DNA of 37,710 nucleotides from Candidatus Tectimicrobiota bacterium (GTDB taxonomy: Bacteria > JACPUC01), in assembly GCA_016192455.1 (NCBI GenBank), contig JACPUC010000011.1:186001-223710 (forward strand). Direction: 5' to 3'. Every line of letters begins with the position of its first letter. The first letter of the stretch is position 1. Position numbers and translations under genes: made by a program. A model generated the notes under the pieces. The model saw only the letters and a program-made list of their open reading frames with translations. It had not been told where the DNA came from and ran no database searches. Shown here piece by piece: positions 1 to 10,043 of the stretch.

Positions 1-320
1 GCGCGTTCAACATACTTCGATTCATCACAGAGATGATAATCAACATGTGTCAGCTTCATTCTCTGTATTCTGCGGCTGACCCGCCGATACCAATAAGGAT
101 CATGCTCAATGCTTGTGATGAACTTTACTCTTGTAGAAAACCAGAGCGTACTTCTGCCGGAACCCCATTCGAGCACCTTGTCTTCAGGTTTCAGCCAACT
201 CGACAAGATGTTCGTCATACTCTTGGTGAGCCACGGGGTCTGCTTGTTCGTATGTTCGTAGGTGAGCACCATGAGGCGGCTCGCGATGTAGCGTGGCGAG
301 AGATGCCGAATATTTCTCAT
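1..320 (-). CDS. Class I SAM-dependent methyltransferase, partial (runs off the left edge; not in the ORF track)
   Basis: Manual translation from the ATG at 320: MRNIRHLSPRYIASRLMVLTYEHTNKQTPWLTKSMTNILSSWLKPEDKVLEWGSGRSTLWFSTRVKFITSIEHDPYWY... Motif I is LEWGSG and motif II is SIEHD. GAAAGGT lies upstream. Confidence 0.8.
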   Translation of the reverse strand, partial: MRNIRHLSPRYIASRLMVLTYEHTNKQTPWLTKSMTNILSSWLKPEDKVLEWGSGRSTLWFSTRVKFITSIEHDPYWYRRVSRRIQRMKLTHVDYHLCDESKYVER

Positions 321-370
321 CGGTCTACCTTTCCATCAAAGGTAGGGTCTGGTTGCGATCATGCCGGCGA

Positions 371-1576
371 TCAGTGGCCGTTGATCCATGCCGGCGCCAG
401 CCGGTCGCCCCGCAGGATGTCTTCGTAGACCGCGATCATCCGCGCGGCAATGGATTCCCAGTTCAACTTTTCGCGGACGAGCGCCTGGCCGCGCCGGCCC
501 ATGTCCCGCCGTCGCACGGGATCGGTAAGCAACGCTCCGAGCGCCCTCGCCAGCGCCTCGCCCCGCGGTTCGACGATGACGCCCCCGCCTGCCGCTTCAA
601 TCTCCGGGAAGTTGCAGGCAGGGGAGAGCACCACGGGACAACCGCAGGCAGCCGCCTCCAGCGCCGCCATGCTGAACCCCTCCGAGTGCGACGGCAGCAC
701 GAAGAGCTCCGCCGCGCCCAGGGCGCTCAGCTTCTCCTCTCCTTCGAGGAGGCCCGTGAAGCGGACGTGCTGTGACAACTCGTAGCGGGCGACGGCCAAC
801 TCGAGCGCGGCTCGGTAGCCCACATTATCTGGGCCGGCGAGAACAAGCAGTAGGTCAGAGCAGCCGGCGACACGCCGCACAAGCATGCCGAACGCCTCGA
901 GAAGGACGTCCAGGCCCTTTTTCGGATGCAGCCGGCCAAGGAAGAGGAGGTACCGCTTCCCTCGCAGCTCCGGGTACCGGGCGTCAAGAACCGCACGTGG
1001 CGGGACGCTGCGGTAGTCGTCCGGGTCAATACCATTCGGCAGGACAAACGTCGGGCGTTGCAACCCGAGCGCCGCAAACTGCCGTCCCTCCGCGGCGGTG
1101 AGGGCATGCAGGGCGGCGGCACGCTTTAGCGTCCGGTGATCGAAAAGCTTGAAATACGGCCGCTTTTTCCATGCCTTCCAGGCAAGCGCCCAAGGATCGA
1201 GCATGCCATGTGGACTGACGATGTAGGGGCGATGGAAGTACCGCGCCAGGCGGCTGCCAAGCAGGGTGGGGTACGAGAAGAGGCCGTGCAGGTGTAGGAG
1301 ATCAACCTCCCGCGCGTTCCGCCAAAGCCAAGCCGTGAGACCCCAGGACCAGCCGTACTCCTCAGGTCCGCGGCACCGGAAGAAGTGATACGGCACCTCC
1401 CATACTGGCTCCCTCGAGGCGCTCGCTGGGCCAACCGCCTCCGATGAACTGCCATATAATGCAGCGAGGCGGACATCCAGCCCCGCCTTGCGCTGCCAAC
1501 GCGCGATCTGTGGCACGAGGGTGCTCGGTCCACCGAATTGGGGCCTCAGCGACGGCACGATGTGCAGGACGCGCAT
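371..1576 (-). CDS. Glycosyltransferase family 4 (GT-B)
   Basis: MRVLHIVPSL...GGP, FLGRLHPKKG, PSHSEGFSMAALEAAACG. The ATG at 1576 overlaps the upstream TGA, so it is preferred over the ORF-track start at 1621. Confidence 0.9.
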   Translation of the reverse strand: MRVLHIVPSLRPQFGGPSTLVPQIARWQRKAGLDVRLAALYGSSSEAVGPASASREPVWEVPYHFFRCRGPEEYGWSWGLTAWLWRNAREVDLLHLHGLFSYPTLLGSRLARYFHRPYIVSPHGMLDPWALAWKAWKKRPYFKLFDHRTLKRAAALHALTAAEGRQFAALGLQRPTFVLPNGIDPDDYRSVPPRAVLDARYPELRGKRYLLFLGRLHPKKGLDVLLEAFGMLVRRVAGCSDLLLVLAGPDNVGYRAALELAVARYELSQHVRFTGLLEGEEKLSALGAAELFVLPSHSEGFSMAALEAAACGCPVVLSPACNFPEIEAAGGGVIVEPRGEALARALGALLTDPVRRRDMGRRGQALVREKLNWESIAARMIAVYEDILRGDRLAPAWINGH

Positions 1577-2826
1577 CACCGTCCGCCGCGCTCCCGCCGC
1601 GCCAGCGTCACTTGTAGGCAATCAGCCAGAGCCGCCGCCCAAGTCTGCGGGGTGTAATTCGCCACGATCCCGCGCGACATCTCCCCCATGCGCCGCAGGT
1701 CAACGCGCCCGGAGGAAACGCGCTCCATGTACCCCGCAAGCTCGTCGATGTCGTACGGATCGAACACGTAGCCGTTGAGCCCCGGCAGCACCAGGTCGCC
1801 GACCGCGCCGCAGCGGTCCGACGCCAGCACCGGCAGACCGCAGGCCATCGCTTCGTTGATGACCAGGCCCCACGGCTCGCTGGTGCTCGGCAGGACGAGG
1901 CAGTTTGCCAGCGCGTAGTACGCCGGCAGCGTGTCGAGCTGCTGGAATCCCGGCCAAACAACGGCGTGCAAGTGCAGAGCTTCGGCGCGGCGCTTGAGCT
2001 GCTCCTCTTCCGGCCCGCTCCCCACCATCACCAGACCCCACGCCGCGTCCCCAACCCGGTGCTGGTACTCGGCGTACGCATCGAGGAGGCGCGGCAGGTT
2101 CTTGACTGGCGTGAATCGCCCAACGTAGAGGAAATAACGCTCAGGCACGCCCACCTTAAGGCGCAGGCGGTCGCCCTCAGTACGGGCCTTTGCCGCAGCA
2201 ACGGTAAAACCATCATTGTCAACTACATCATATCCCTTCCACACTCTTGAGCGCGGGAAATGCAGTCGCTCAAGGTAGGCGGCGGCGCGCTCACCTCCCA
2301 CGAACGCTGCATCATAGGTCCGCCGTAGCCAGACGCTTTTAAACCACTCCTTCAAAATTAGACGCGGCTGGTCACGCCAATGAGAAGCGGACATGAGAAC
2401 ACAGACTCGTCCTTGCTCACGTGCCCAGCGCGCCGCGGCACGCATGGGGCGCAAGGCGTAGCCGGCGACCACGATGGCATCGGGGTTGAGCTTTGTGAGG
2501 GCTGCGAGGACTTCACGGCTGAGATCGTGCTCGTTTAACTGTTCGTAAAGTTCTGGAGTGACCGTTACATATGATGTGGCAAGGCGCTCGGGGATCTGCC
2601 ACGCACGTACCGCTTCCTGATGGGACAACTCCACGCCAACCACTTCAAACGCTGCTATCTCTCTTAAGGCATGCAGTCGTGCCACATGGTAGGGTCCGAT
2701 CTGTTTCCAGAGGACGGCGATCTTGGCCCGCGGCGCCTGCCCAGCACCCTTGGCCTCAGGTCGCGTGCCGTGGAACCGGCCCTGTTCCCGAGTGGGCAAG
2801 CGCATCTCTACTGCGCGCCGAATCAT
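1576..2826 (-). CDS. Glycosyltransferase family 4 (GT-B)
   Basis: GPYHVARL, YVGRFTPVKN, PSTSEPWGLVINEAMACGLPV. The ATG at 2826 forms an ATGA overlap with the upstream stop. The ORF-track extension to 3225 overlaps the upstream gene. Confidence 0.88.
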   Translation of the reverse strand: MIRRAVEMRLPTREQGRFHGTRPEAKGAGQAPRAKIAVLWKQIGPYHVARLHALREIAAFEVVGVELSHQEAVRAWQIPERLATSYVTVTPELYEQLNEHDLSREVLAALTKLNPDAIVVAGYALRPMRAAARWAREQGRVCVLMSASHWRDQPRLILKEWFKSVWLRRTYDAAFVGGERAAAYLERLHFPRSRVWKGYDVVDNDGFTVAAAKARTEGDRLRLKVGVPERYFLYVGRFTPVKNLPRLLDAYAEYQHRVGDAAWGLVMVGSGPEEEQLKRRAEALHLHAVVWPGFQQLDTLPAYYALANCLVLPSTSEPWGLVINEAMACGLPVLASDRCGAVGDLVLPGLNGYVFDPYDIDELAGYMERVSSGRVDLRRMGEMSRGIVANYTPQTWAAALADCLQVTLARRERGGR

Positions 2827-4187
2827 CGAGCCCTCCAGCCCAGATGCGGGGAAACCTGAACGATTCCGCCAGTCGGTGACATGACTGGGGTGCTTAGAAC
2901 AGTGGTGATGCGACGTCGGCAACTTAACGCCAGGAGTGCCCCCGGAACGAGCGTGTAGAGGTAGGGAATGAGCAATGCGCCGAACCCCTGCGCGAAGAGG
3001 TGCAATCCCCAGGCATACCACAGGACATAGACAAGGATCGTCCCAGGCGTTCGTTGCTCCGTGGCCATGCGGAACAGCCGGCGCGAGTAATAGCCAAGCA
3101 GGAACCAGAGGAATACCGACGCCTGGCCAAACTCGCGATAGAAATCTGCCACCAATCCATAAGCTGCTCCACCCGCAATATTTAACCCTGTAACCTTGCT
3201 GAGATTCACCGACGCCAGAGACCAACCGTAAGGTTTATTGGGCCACAAGAGCCTTGGGATGAGGTGAATGGTGGTCATGTAAAGCCAATTCACCCCAAGG
3301 TTATACGTCTTCGTTTCGTCGATGGCGTCAATCATCCCGCTATGATAAACAAACTCGATGCCCGTTGTTTGTGCGCTCAGATGCGCCTCATTGATCTCTG
3401 AGGTGGCCAGGAGTGCTTCCCGAAGACTTACTTTCGAAAGATCGCCCCCAAGCCGCAATTCACTGCGATACCCAACTAGGAGAAGCACCGCGAGACCGAC
3501 GGCTAACCCAGCGAGAAAGACCCGTCCCACACGCGGATGTATACCAGATGTAAGGTATGCAGTCATTCCAATCGTCACCGCCCATGGAAAGAGAATGCCC
3601 CGACTTCCCATAAGGAAGCCATCGGCAAATATCAATCCGCCTAAGACTACAACCATAAACCAAGCAGTCCGCCCCAAGCGCGCTCGTTGACGAGCGATAA
3701 TCATCATTACCAAGGCGGGGAAAATGAGCTTCTTGCCCATGTAGACCCACGCCGTCTGCTGTTGCCATGCCCCTGCCGCTCCATGCACCGCGGAGTAGTA
3801 GGTGACTGCACCACCAGACTGTCTCAAGAAGATTAAGAACAGCCCCATCCCAAGAAGTCCCAGCAGTAGACCGCGATGGTAAAGACGCCGGTAGTCCCAT
3901 CTCATGTTTTTCGCGACGAGCCGGCCCTTACCGCCATAAAACCACCCCCAATGGAAGACGATATACATGACAAACGCGGTGAGAACGCCCTTGACGATTT
4001 GCGCCTCGCTCAGGAAGTAGTGAAGCTTGCCAGTGGCGAGCAGGTAGGCCGGCTGCCAAACGTAGAGGAACGCGAACGACCCCGCCGCCAACGTGGGCAG
4101 GCCCAAGGGGTGCATCTTCTTACGGGCGATCTGGATGAGCGTCCAAGCAACCGCCGCCGCCATCAGTGCAAGGGAGAGAAGGATCAT
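2823..4187 (-). CDS. Polytopic membrane protein, Wzy repeat-unit polymerase / O-antigen ligase-like
   Basis: 454 aa with about 10 hydrophobic segments, a GSRG motif and a large loop before the C-terminal TM segments. It sits among glycosyltransferase genes. Confidence 0.7.
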   Translation of the reverse strand: MILLSLALMAAAVAWTLIQIARKKMHPLGLPTLAAGSFAFLYVWQPAYLLATGKLHYFLSEAQIVKGVLTAFVMYIVFHWGWFYGGKGRLVAKNMRWDYRRLYHRGLLLGLLGMGLFLIFLRQSGGAVTYYSAVHGAAGAWQQQTAWVYMGKKLIFPALVMMIIARQRARLGRTAWFMVVVLGGLIFADGFLMGSRGILFPWAVTIGMTAYLTSGIHPRVGRVFLAGLAVGLAVLLLVGYRSELRLGGDLSKVSLREALLATSEINEAHLSAQTTGIEFVYHSGMIDAIDETKTYNLGVNWLYMTTIHLIPRLLWPNKPYGWSLASVNLSKVTGLNIAGGAAYGLVADFYREFGQASVFLWFLLGYYSRRLFRMATEQRTPGTILVYVLWYAWGLHLFAQGFGALLIPYLYTLVPGALLALSCRRRITTVLSTPVMSPTGGIVQVSPHLGWRAR

Positions 4188-4194
4188 GATGGTA

Positions 4195-5424
4195 TCAGGA
4201 ACTCAGCGCCGCCAACAGGCGCTCGCCATACCGCTCCACCGTGAACTCCAGCGCGCGCTGTCGCGCCTGATCCGACATCCAGCGTCTGAGCTCAGGTTGA
4301 GCCGCAAGCTGCTCGATGCGGCTGACGAGGGCATCGACATCGCGGATCGGCACGATGAAGCCGTCAACGCCATCTCGGACCACGGAGCCGGCGTTGGGCG
4401 TAGTGATCACCGGCAGCCCCGCGGCCAGGGCCTCATAGCAGACCGTCGCCGACCCCTCGCAGAGTGAGGGAAAGACGAAGACATCGGCCCAGCCGAGTTC
4501 TTCCGCCACTTGGGAACGTGGCACTGGACCGACGACGTTGCCCCAGTGTCGCAACGATTGCAGACCAAAGGGCGTCAGCCGCACTGGACCCACAACCCGG
4601 AACTCATAGTTCTCCTTCCCAAGCTTTGCCGCAGCCCTCCCAAGGTACTGCACCCCCTTGCGCAAACCCACCGTTCCGATGAAGAGAACCCTAAGGCGCT
4701 TTTCTTCCAGAACTGAACGCGGCCTAAAAAGGGGAAGCTCCACTCCGTACGGCACCACGCGGCATCGTTCCCGTGGCCCATTCACCTGCCCGATGGCATC
4801 GCGCACGAACTCCGAGCCGCAGAGGATGAGGTCCGCTTCCCGCCACTCAGCCTCTTCACGTTCAGCCAGCGCCCACGCATAGGGATCGTTCCCCTCTTCT
4901 TCCCAGCCCGGCCAGCATTCCGCCTCCTGCCGCATGATCGCCGCTTCAACGGACCTCGGGGCGATGGTCTGCTCGATGACCGTGAAGAGACCGCGCGCTC
5001 GCGCATGGCGAAGCAGCTCGAGCCCAGCGCTGTTGAAGGCATACACTGCATTGGCGTTCCCAAGACCGCGACTGAGAATCTCCTTACAAAACAACGTACT
5101 CGCCCAAAGGTTGACAGCCGCCCTGGCCGTATGGTTTCGCGCTGTAGCGAGGCGCAACCCATAGGCAAAGCCAAGACAGGGAAATGCGGTGACCTTAGAC
5201 TCCGGCACGCCCTCGACCCGTCGCGCGAGAAGACGCTTGACACGCACTGGCTGGACGCGTCGCGGCAGAGTCCGCTCTACTACCGCCACCAACCGCTTGC
5301 TTACCCAAAGGTCGGTATAGAACCGCTCCAGCCACCCCGCCGCAGCGAAAATGCGCGGCACGGCGTAGTGCATGCGCGCGCCGAGCTGGGCCACGAGGAA
5401 CGCGCGCTGCTGGTGCTCACTCAT
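4195..5424 (-). CDS. Glycosyltransferase family 4 (GT-B)
   Basis: GARMHYAVPR, FIGTVGLRKG, FPSLCEGSATVCYEALAAGLPV. Confidence 0.9.
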   Translation of the reverse strand: MSEHQQRAFLVAQLGARMHYAVPRIFAAAGWLERFYTDLWVSKRLVAVVERTLPRRVQPVRVKRLLARRVEGVPESKVTAFPCLGFAYGLRLATARNHTARAAVNLWASTLFCKEILSRGLGNANAVYAFNSAGLELLRHARARGLFTVIEQTIAPRSVEAAIMRQEAECWPGWEEEGNDPYAWALAEREEAEWREADLILCGSEFVRDAIGQVNGPRERCRVVPYGVELPLFRPRSVLEEKRLRVLFIGTVGLRKGVQYLGRAAAKLGKENYEFRVVGPVRLTPFGLQSLRHWGNVVGPVPRSQVAEELGWADVFVFPSLCEGSATVCYEALAAGLPVITTPNAGSVVRDGVDGFIVPIRDVDALVSRIEQLAAQPELRRWMSDQARQRALEFTVERYGERLLAALSS

Positions 5425-6646
5425 GTCCTGGCTCCAGGAGCGAACCGAAAAGAGCTTCGTACTGCTGCCCGACGATTTCTAAGTTGAATCGCACTGAGAA
5501 GCTTTCCTGAATGCTCTGCGCAGCAATGCGCTTGGCGTGGAGACCGTCGATCACGGCCAGAAGCGCGCGGGCAAATGCCTCGGCATCATGCAGAGGTGCG
5601 ATGCTTCCGGTCGTGGGCTCCTCGATGAGGTCCGGCAGTGCGCCAACGGGCGTGGCGACGAGTGGTCGGCCGCGCGCCAAGATCTCCATCCCCGCCAGGC
5701 ACTGTCCCTCAGTCCAGGAAGTGAAGGCGAAGAGGTGGCAGCTATCAATGACGGCTCCCACTTCGCTCCGTGGAATTTCACCGTGGAACGAGACAGAAGC
5801 CTCCAGGTCCAGGCGGCGTACGAGACCCTCAAGGGAAAGACGCTCCGGGCCGTCGCCGAAAAGGTGAAGCGTGACGCCAACCAGGGGCGGTTCCGGCTTG
5901 CTGCGTAGGACGTGAAACGATTTGATGAGGTACGGAAGGTTCTTCTGCGCCGCCAGGCGTCCGAGGTAGCCGATGCGCACGCTGCTTTCCAGCGGCGGCA
6001 AGTCGATCACCGGAGTGCGTGGCGGCGGCAGATAAGGTATGCGGGTGATCGCGGCGGCGTCCGCGCCGAGCGCCTCGAGGTCGCCGCGGAACGTTTCCGC
6101 CTGCACGACCATCGCGTCGAACGTCGCCAGCGTTTCCCGAACCGCCGCCTGCTCGCCTGCGGAGAGGGGCGGGGGCCAAAGCTCCGCCGGGCGGTAAGGC
6201 GTGATGAAGAGGAAAGGCGGAGAGCTTTCGCCCTCGCGCGGCGCCGCCAGCTCCCGGTGGATGCGCGGGCTAAACGGTTTCGTGAAGATGACCAAGCCGG
6301 CGCGCTCGACCTCCGATCTGCCCCAGCGCAGCAGCCGCCGATCGGGCCAGCGCCAGCGGCAACCCCAGCGCCACGGGGAGCGCGCCACTTCCACCCCGCG
6401 CCGCTCCAGGTCCGCCAAAAGCGGCGAGCGTGGGCCCCAGCAGACCAGCCGGAGGGGCCAGCCGCGTTCGTGCAGGTAGAGGATGAGGCCGTGGAGGAAG
6501 ACCTCGATGCCGCCGAGGGGGGCGAAGCCCCCGGCATAGAAAAGCACCGGCGGCTGCCTTGAAGGGCATCTCAACGAGTGCTGCCCGGTGCGTTGCCGTG
6601 ACACCACGAACGAGCGCTCACCCATTCCGGTCAAGGAGGGAGGCAA
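5417..6646 (-). CDS. Glycosyltransferase family 4 (GT-B); start uncertain
   Basis: GGIE, YLGRLAAQKN, TSWTEGQCLAGMEILARGRPLV. Confidence 0.85.
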   Translation of the reverse strand: MPPSLTGMGERSFVVSRQRTGQHSLRCPSRQPPVLFYAGGFAPLGGIEVFLHGLILYLHERGWPLRLVCWGPRSPLLADLERRGVEVARSPWRWGCRWRWPDRRLLRWGRSEVERAGLVIFTKPFSPRIHRELAAPREGESSPPFLFITPYRPAELWPPPLSAGEQAAVRETLATFDAMVVQAETFRGDLEALGADAAAITRIPYLPPPRTPVIDLPPLESSVRIGYLGRLAAQKNLPYLIKSFHVLRSKPEPPLVGVTLHLFGDGPERLSLEGLVRRLDLEASVSFHGEIPRSEVGAVIDSCHLFAFTSWTEGQCLAGMEILARGRPLVATPVGALPDLIEEPTTGSIAPLHDAEAFARALLAVIDGLHAKRIAAQSIQESFSVRFNLEIVGQQYEALFGSLLEPGHE

Positions 6647-7562
6647 CGGCAGGGATGCCTTCGATGTAGAAGAGTTCGCGGACGGGTGCGACGTAGTGCT
6701 TCATCACCCGCCCCTCGAGGCCGAAGCCCTGGGCAACTTCATACTCGGGTCCAAGCAGTTCGATACCACATGATGCACTTAGCAATGCGTATATCGTTTG
6801 CTCTGGCCAAGGTGTATTCTGTAGAAGTAAAGGAAGTCGCTCTAGTATTCCTTCTATGACGGACAATTCGATGGAACTTCTCCTCACGAGAGCAAATCCA
6901 ACATTGATATTCTCCCGAATTGGCTTTCCAGCCAATTGTTCTAAGGCATCCTGTGATAAAAAATAAGCATGTTGATAGTCTCTAGTAAAGACGTTTTGCG
7001 TACCATTCCTAACTATATCGGCTAATTTTGTGCGTGCTTTGCTAGGATCAAAAAATAATACATCAGAATCAAGCATTATGTAATTATTTGTGGATGAGAA
7101 ATAGAAGAAATCAAAAAGTTTCAATGCATAAGTATTGTTGCGACGAAAGTTCAAACAATGCGGATAACTCGCTAATACCTTCTCTAACTCATAATCTGCC
7201 CTGGACCTTGAAATGATCCGGCATCCTGGAAAGAGCCGCTTGAAGATGGAATAATCGCTTTGGCTCATCGTGCCATCGTCGTGTATACAAATCGGTTCAC
7301 CCTCTCCCCTCCGACTACTATACCAAGAGGTCAAAGCCCAGAGAGCCAGAAGAACATCACGGTGGCATGTCAACATATGGAGTTCAAATTGCCCATCCCT
7401 GCCAACCGGCATTGGCCCATACTGGTGCACACGACGAAGGGTAGCGAAGCGCGGTTTCCAGTAACGCACACCATAATGTCTGCTGGTGCGCACGAAGCGA
7501 CTCATTGTGGTAAGGGGTCTTCGCACACGCGGCGGCAGTTTGCATTTTAAAGTTGTGATCAT
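6618..7562 (-). CDS. Putative GT-A fold glycosyltransferase (AT-rich gene)
   Basis: CIHDDGT and the DxD-type motif MLDSDVLFF; EQT near the C-terminus; visibly AT-richer than its neighbours. Confidence 0.65.
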   Translation of the reverse strand: MITTLKCKLPPRVRRPLTTMSRFVRTSRHYGVRYWKPRFATLRRVHQYGPMPVGRDGQFELHMLTCHRDVLLALWALTSWYSSRRGEGEPICIHDDGTMSQSDYSIFKRLFPGCRIISRSRADYELEKVLASYPHCLNFRRNNTYALKLFDFFYFSSTNNYIMLDSDVLFFDPSKARTKLADIVRNGTQNVFTRDYQHAYFLSQDALEQLAGKPIRENINVGFALVRRSSIELSVIEGILERLPLLLQNTPWPEQTIYALLSASCGIELLGPEYEVAQGFGLEGRVMKHYVAPVRELFYIEGIPAVASLLDRNG

Positions 7563-7679
7563 TTCTGCTCAATCGGATGTTTGGGGTAGAGTCTCCATCG
7601 TAAGCCCTTCCTCCGCAGCACCACGGTGGGCCCCGTCGGATTCACACGCTGCACGATCGGCAAAGGATCACGATTACGG

Positions 7680-8918
7680 TTAGAGGTTCCAGCCCCACCG
7701 AGCTGTTCGTGCGCGGAGCCACTCCTTCCACACCGGTGGGATGTGTCGCCGCCAGGTTGGTTGGAAGGTCCGGGGGATTCTGAAGCGCGCAAGGGGGACG
7801 GGCGCCGCGCGTTGGCTTGGCCGCTGCTGCATCGCCGCCAGCACATTTGCGTAGCCTTCGCCCATCGCAGCAACGCTGAAGTGCGTGGCAATACGCTCCG
7901 CAGCATTTCGGCCAAGCCGAGCTAGCAGCTCGGGATGGGATGCGAGCTGCTGCACCTTAGCGGCAAAGTCCGCCGCGTTACCGGGATCCGCTAGCAGCCC
8001 GGAATCCCCATCCTCGATCAGCATATCGGTGACGCCGCGAAGGCGTGATGCAACGACGGCGCAGCCGTGGGCCATCGCCTCCGCCAAGCTGTAGCCAAAC
8101 GCCTCGAAGAGCGAAGGGAAGAGAAAGACGTCCGTTGAGGCAAGAAACGTCGAGACCTTGCGGGGGGACAACTGGCCGAGCAGGGCAAAATGCGACTCCA
8201 TGCCAGCATGGCAGACCTTTTGCCTCAGCTCTGTTACGTAGCTTCCTGTTCCAGCCACACGCCAGCGGAACCGCACCTCGGCTTCGACTAGGAGCTGCGC
8301 AATGGGCACAATGAGGTCAGCCCCTTTCTTCCCTCGCGAGACACGGCCCAGGTAGCCGAGCTCGAGAACATCAGGTGAAGCGGGACGGGGTGCAGGACGT
8401 TCCTCTGGGCACGTTACGCCGTGTGCAATGAAGGCGACTTGAGTTCGCTGCGGCACCAGGCGGCGCAGCCCCTCGTGCTGCACCGGGTTGACGCACACGT
8501 ACTGATCTACGTGGTGGTGATGTGCGGTCGCGATACGCAGCGCTCTCCGCGGGTTATCGTGCACCGAGACCAGCGTGCGAATCCCCGCAGGGATGTGCGG
8601 CAGGGCAAGGGTACCAATGTCCCCCATGCCACCCGCATGGTACACATCGACCCGATGCTCTTGAAGCCAGGCGCATAAGCTGTCTATCGCATCAGGTATC
8701 GAGTCCGTCGTCGGCGCAAGGAGGTAACAGCCCGCATCGGCAAGGCCGTGGTCGTAGCCCCGCGCCGCCTCGGCTCCCGCGGCCACCGCCAGCACCTCCC
8801 AGCCCTGCCGCGCGAGGCCCGCCTTCAAGGCATGGTAGTATGTAATGCCTCCCCCAGCCCCGGGGGTCATCGAGCAGTGGAACGCCATGCGTGGCATGCC
8901 CTCAGGCCTTCCCGGCAC
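7680..8918 (-). CDS. Glycosyltransferase family 4 (GT-B); start may be a few codons downstream
   Basis: GGGITY, YLGRVSRGKKG, FPSLFEAFGYSLAEAMAHG. Confidence 0.88.
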   Translation of the reverse strand: MPGRPEGMPRMAFHCSMTPGAGGGITYYHALKAGLARQGWEVLAVAAGAEAARGYDHGLADAGCYLLAPTTDSIPDAIDSLCAWLQEHRVDVYHAGGMGDIGTLALPHIPAGIRTLVSVHDNPRRALRIATAHHHHVDQYVCVNPVQHEGLRRLVPQRTQVAFIAHGVTCPEERPAPRPASPDVLELGYLGRVSRGKKGADLIVPIAQLLVEAEVRFRWRVAGTGSYVTELRQKVCHAGMESHFALLGQLSPRKVSTFLASTDVFLFPSLFEAFGYSLAEAMAHGCAVVASRLRGVTDMLIEDGDSGLLADPGNAADFAAKVQQLASHPELLARLGRNAAERIATHFSVAAMGEGYANVLAAMQQRPSQRAAPVPLARFRIPRTFQPTWRRHIPPVWKEWLRARTARWGWNL

Positions 8919-10023
8919 GCAGTAGGAGGTAACGCTCCTCGTCAGGAATCGATGCGAGCCTCGCCTCGGACGACTGCCGACTCACAGCCCTGAGCGTAGC
9001 ATGAACGCTGCGCATTAGCCGCAGCATACGCGCCGGCAAGAAGCTCTTCGCGAAAAGGAGACAAAGGCGCGGCGAGAGCACCTTCCAGTGTAACCGCAGT
9101 GCCCGCAGCAAATAGGCGCGTGATCTGCTTCGCCACAGGATACCATTGTCGAAGATCTGTGCCGCAAGGAGGTAGGCTCTCCCGAGGCTCTCTCTCTGCA
9201 CCCGGGACATGCTCTCTGGAATATCTGACTGCTTAAAGTAGGACTCCAATATCTGTACAATCTCTATTGCCTTCCTAGCGTGCAGAGTCCTTGTCTTAGT
9301 TAGATCGTGTGAACGGTGACAGGAAAGCACCCTTGGAACAAATCCAAGTCCCCCGTCCCGTACCGCTAACCGTATCCAGTATTCGCTATCGAGGGCTACA
9401 TGAAGTGTCTCATCTAACAGACCTGCATGTTTCAATACCTCACGTTGCATGAGCACCCCGGGCTGCCAGATAGGAGGAACGGCCGAAAGACGTAAGCTGG
9501 TGAGCCTGAACGGTCTGGCGCGGTAATTACGTAAGAGATGGGAGCGAACGTTGATGCAGCAGGAATTGCCGTACACCAAGAGCTTCATAGGATGTGTATG
9601 GAGATACGCCACCGCATCATGTATACTGCACGGAGTCAGCAAATCGTCGGAATTCAACCAACCAATCATTGTGCCGCTACTCAAGCGCCAGCCTTTGTTG
9701 ATCGCATATGCCTGTCCCTTGTCCGGCTCGGAGACCCAGTGGGCGAGATGTTTCTCGTATTTCTTGATAATTTCCACTGACTCGTCCGTGCTGCCACCGT
9801 CGATGATGAGGTACTCGAGGTTGGGGTAGCCTTGGAGGAGGACGGAGCGGATGGTCTCCTCGATGAAGCGGCCCTGGTTGAGCGAGGGGGTGACGATGCT
9901 GACGCGCGGCCAGGGGGAGCCGTCCGGCATGGCGTCCGGCAACTGGGGGCTCTCCTCCGTCCACGGCCAGCCGGCGCGGCCTGGGGGCGGAGGGGGAAGT
10001 TCACTTAGGGTTGGGCAGCGCAT
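8902..10023 (-). CDS. Glycosyltransferase family 2 (WcaE-like)
   Basis: N-terminus LPPPPPGRAGWPW, then VSIVTPSLNQG, IIDGGSTD, WLNSDD. The ATG at 10023 is preferred over 10194, which overlaps the GT9 gene. Confidence 0.9.
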   Translation of the reverse strand: MRCPTLSELPPPPPGRAGWPWTEESPQLPDAMPDGSPWPRVSIVTPSLNQGRFIEETIRSVLLQGYPNLEYLIIDGGSTDESVEIIKKYEKHLAHWVSEPDKGQAYAINKGWRLSSGTMIGWLNSDDLLTPCSIHDAVAYLHTHPMKLLVYGNSCCINVRSHLLRNYRARPFRLTSLRLSAVPPIWQPGVLMQREVLKHAGLLDETLHVALDSEYWIRLAVRDGGLGFVPRVLSCHRSHDLTKTRTLHARKAIEIVQILESYFKQSDIPESMSRVQRESLGRAYLLAAQIFDNGILWRSRSRAYLLRALRLHWKVLSPRLCLLFAKSFLPARMLRLMRSVHATLRAVSRQSSEARLASIPDEERYLLLRAGKA

Positions 10024-10043
10024 GCGATGGCTTTCTGTGATTG

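Noticed and set aside
33-428. Plus-strand 131-aa ORF
   Set aside because: It is antisense to the methyltransferase at 1-320, which has clear motifs.
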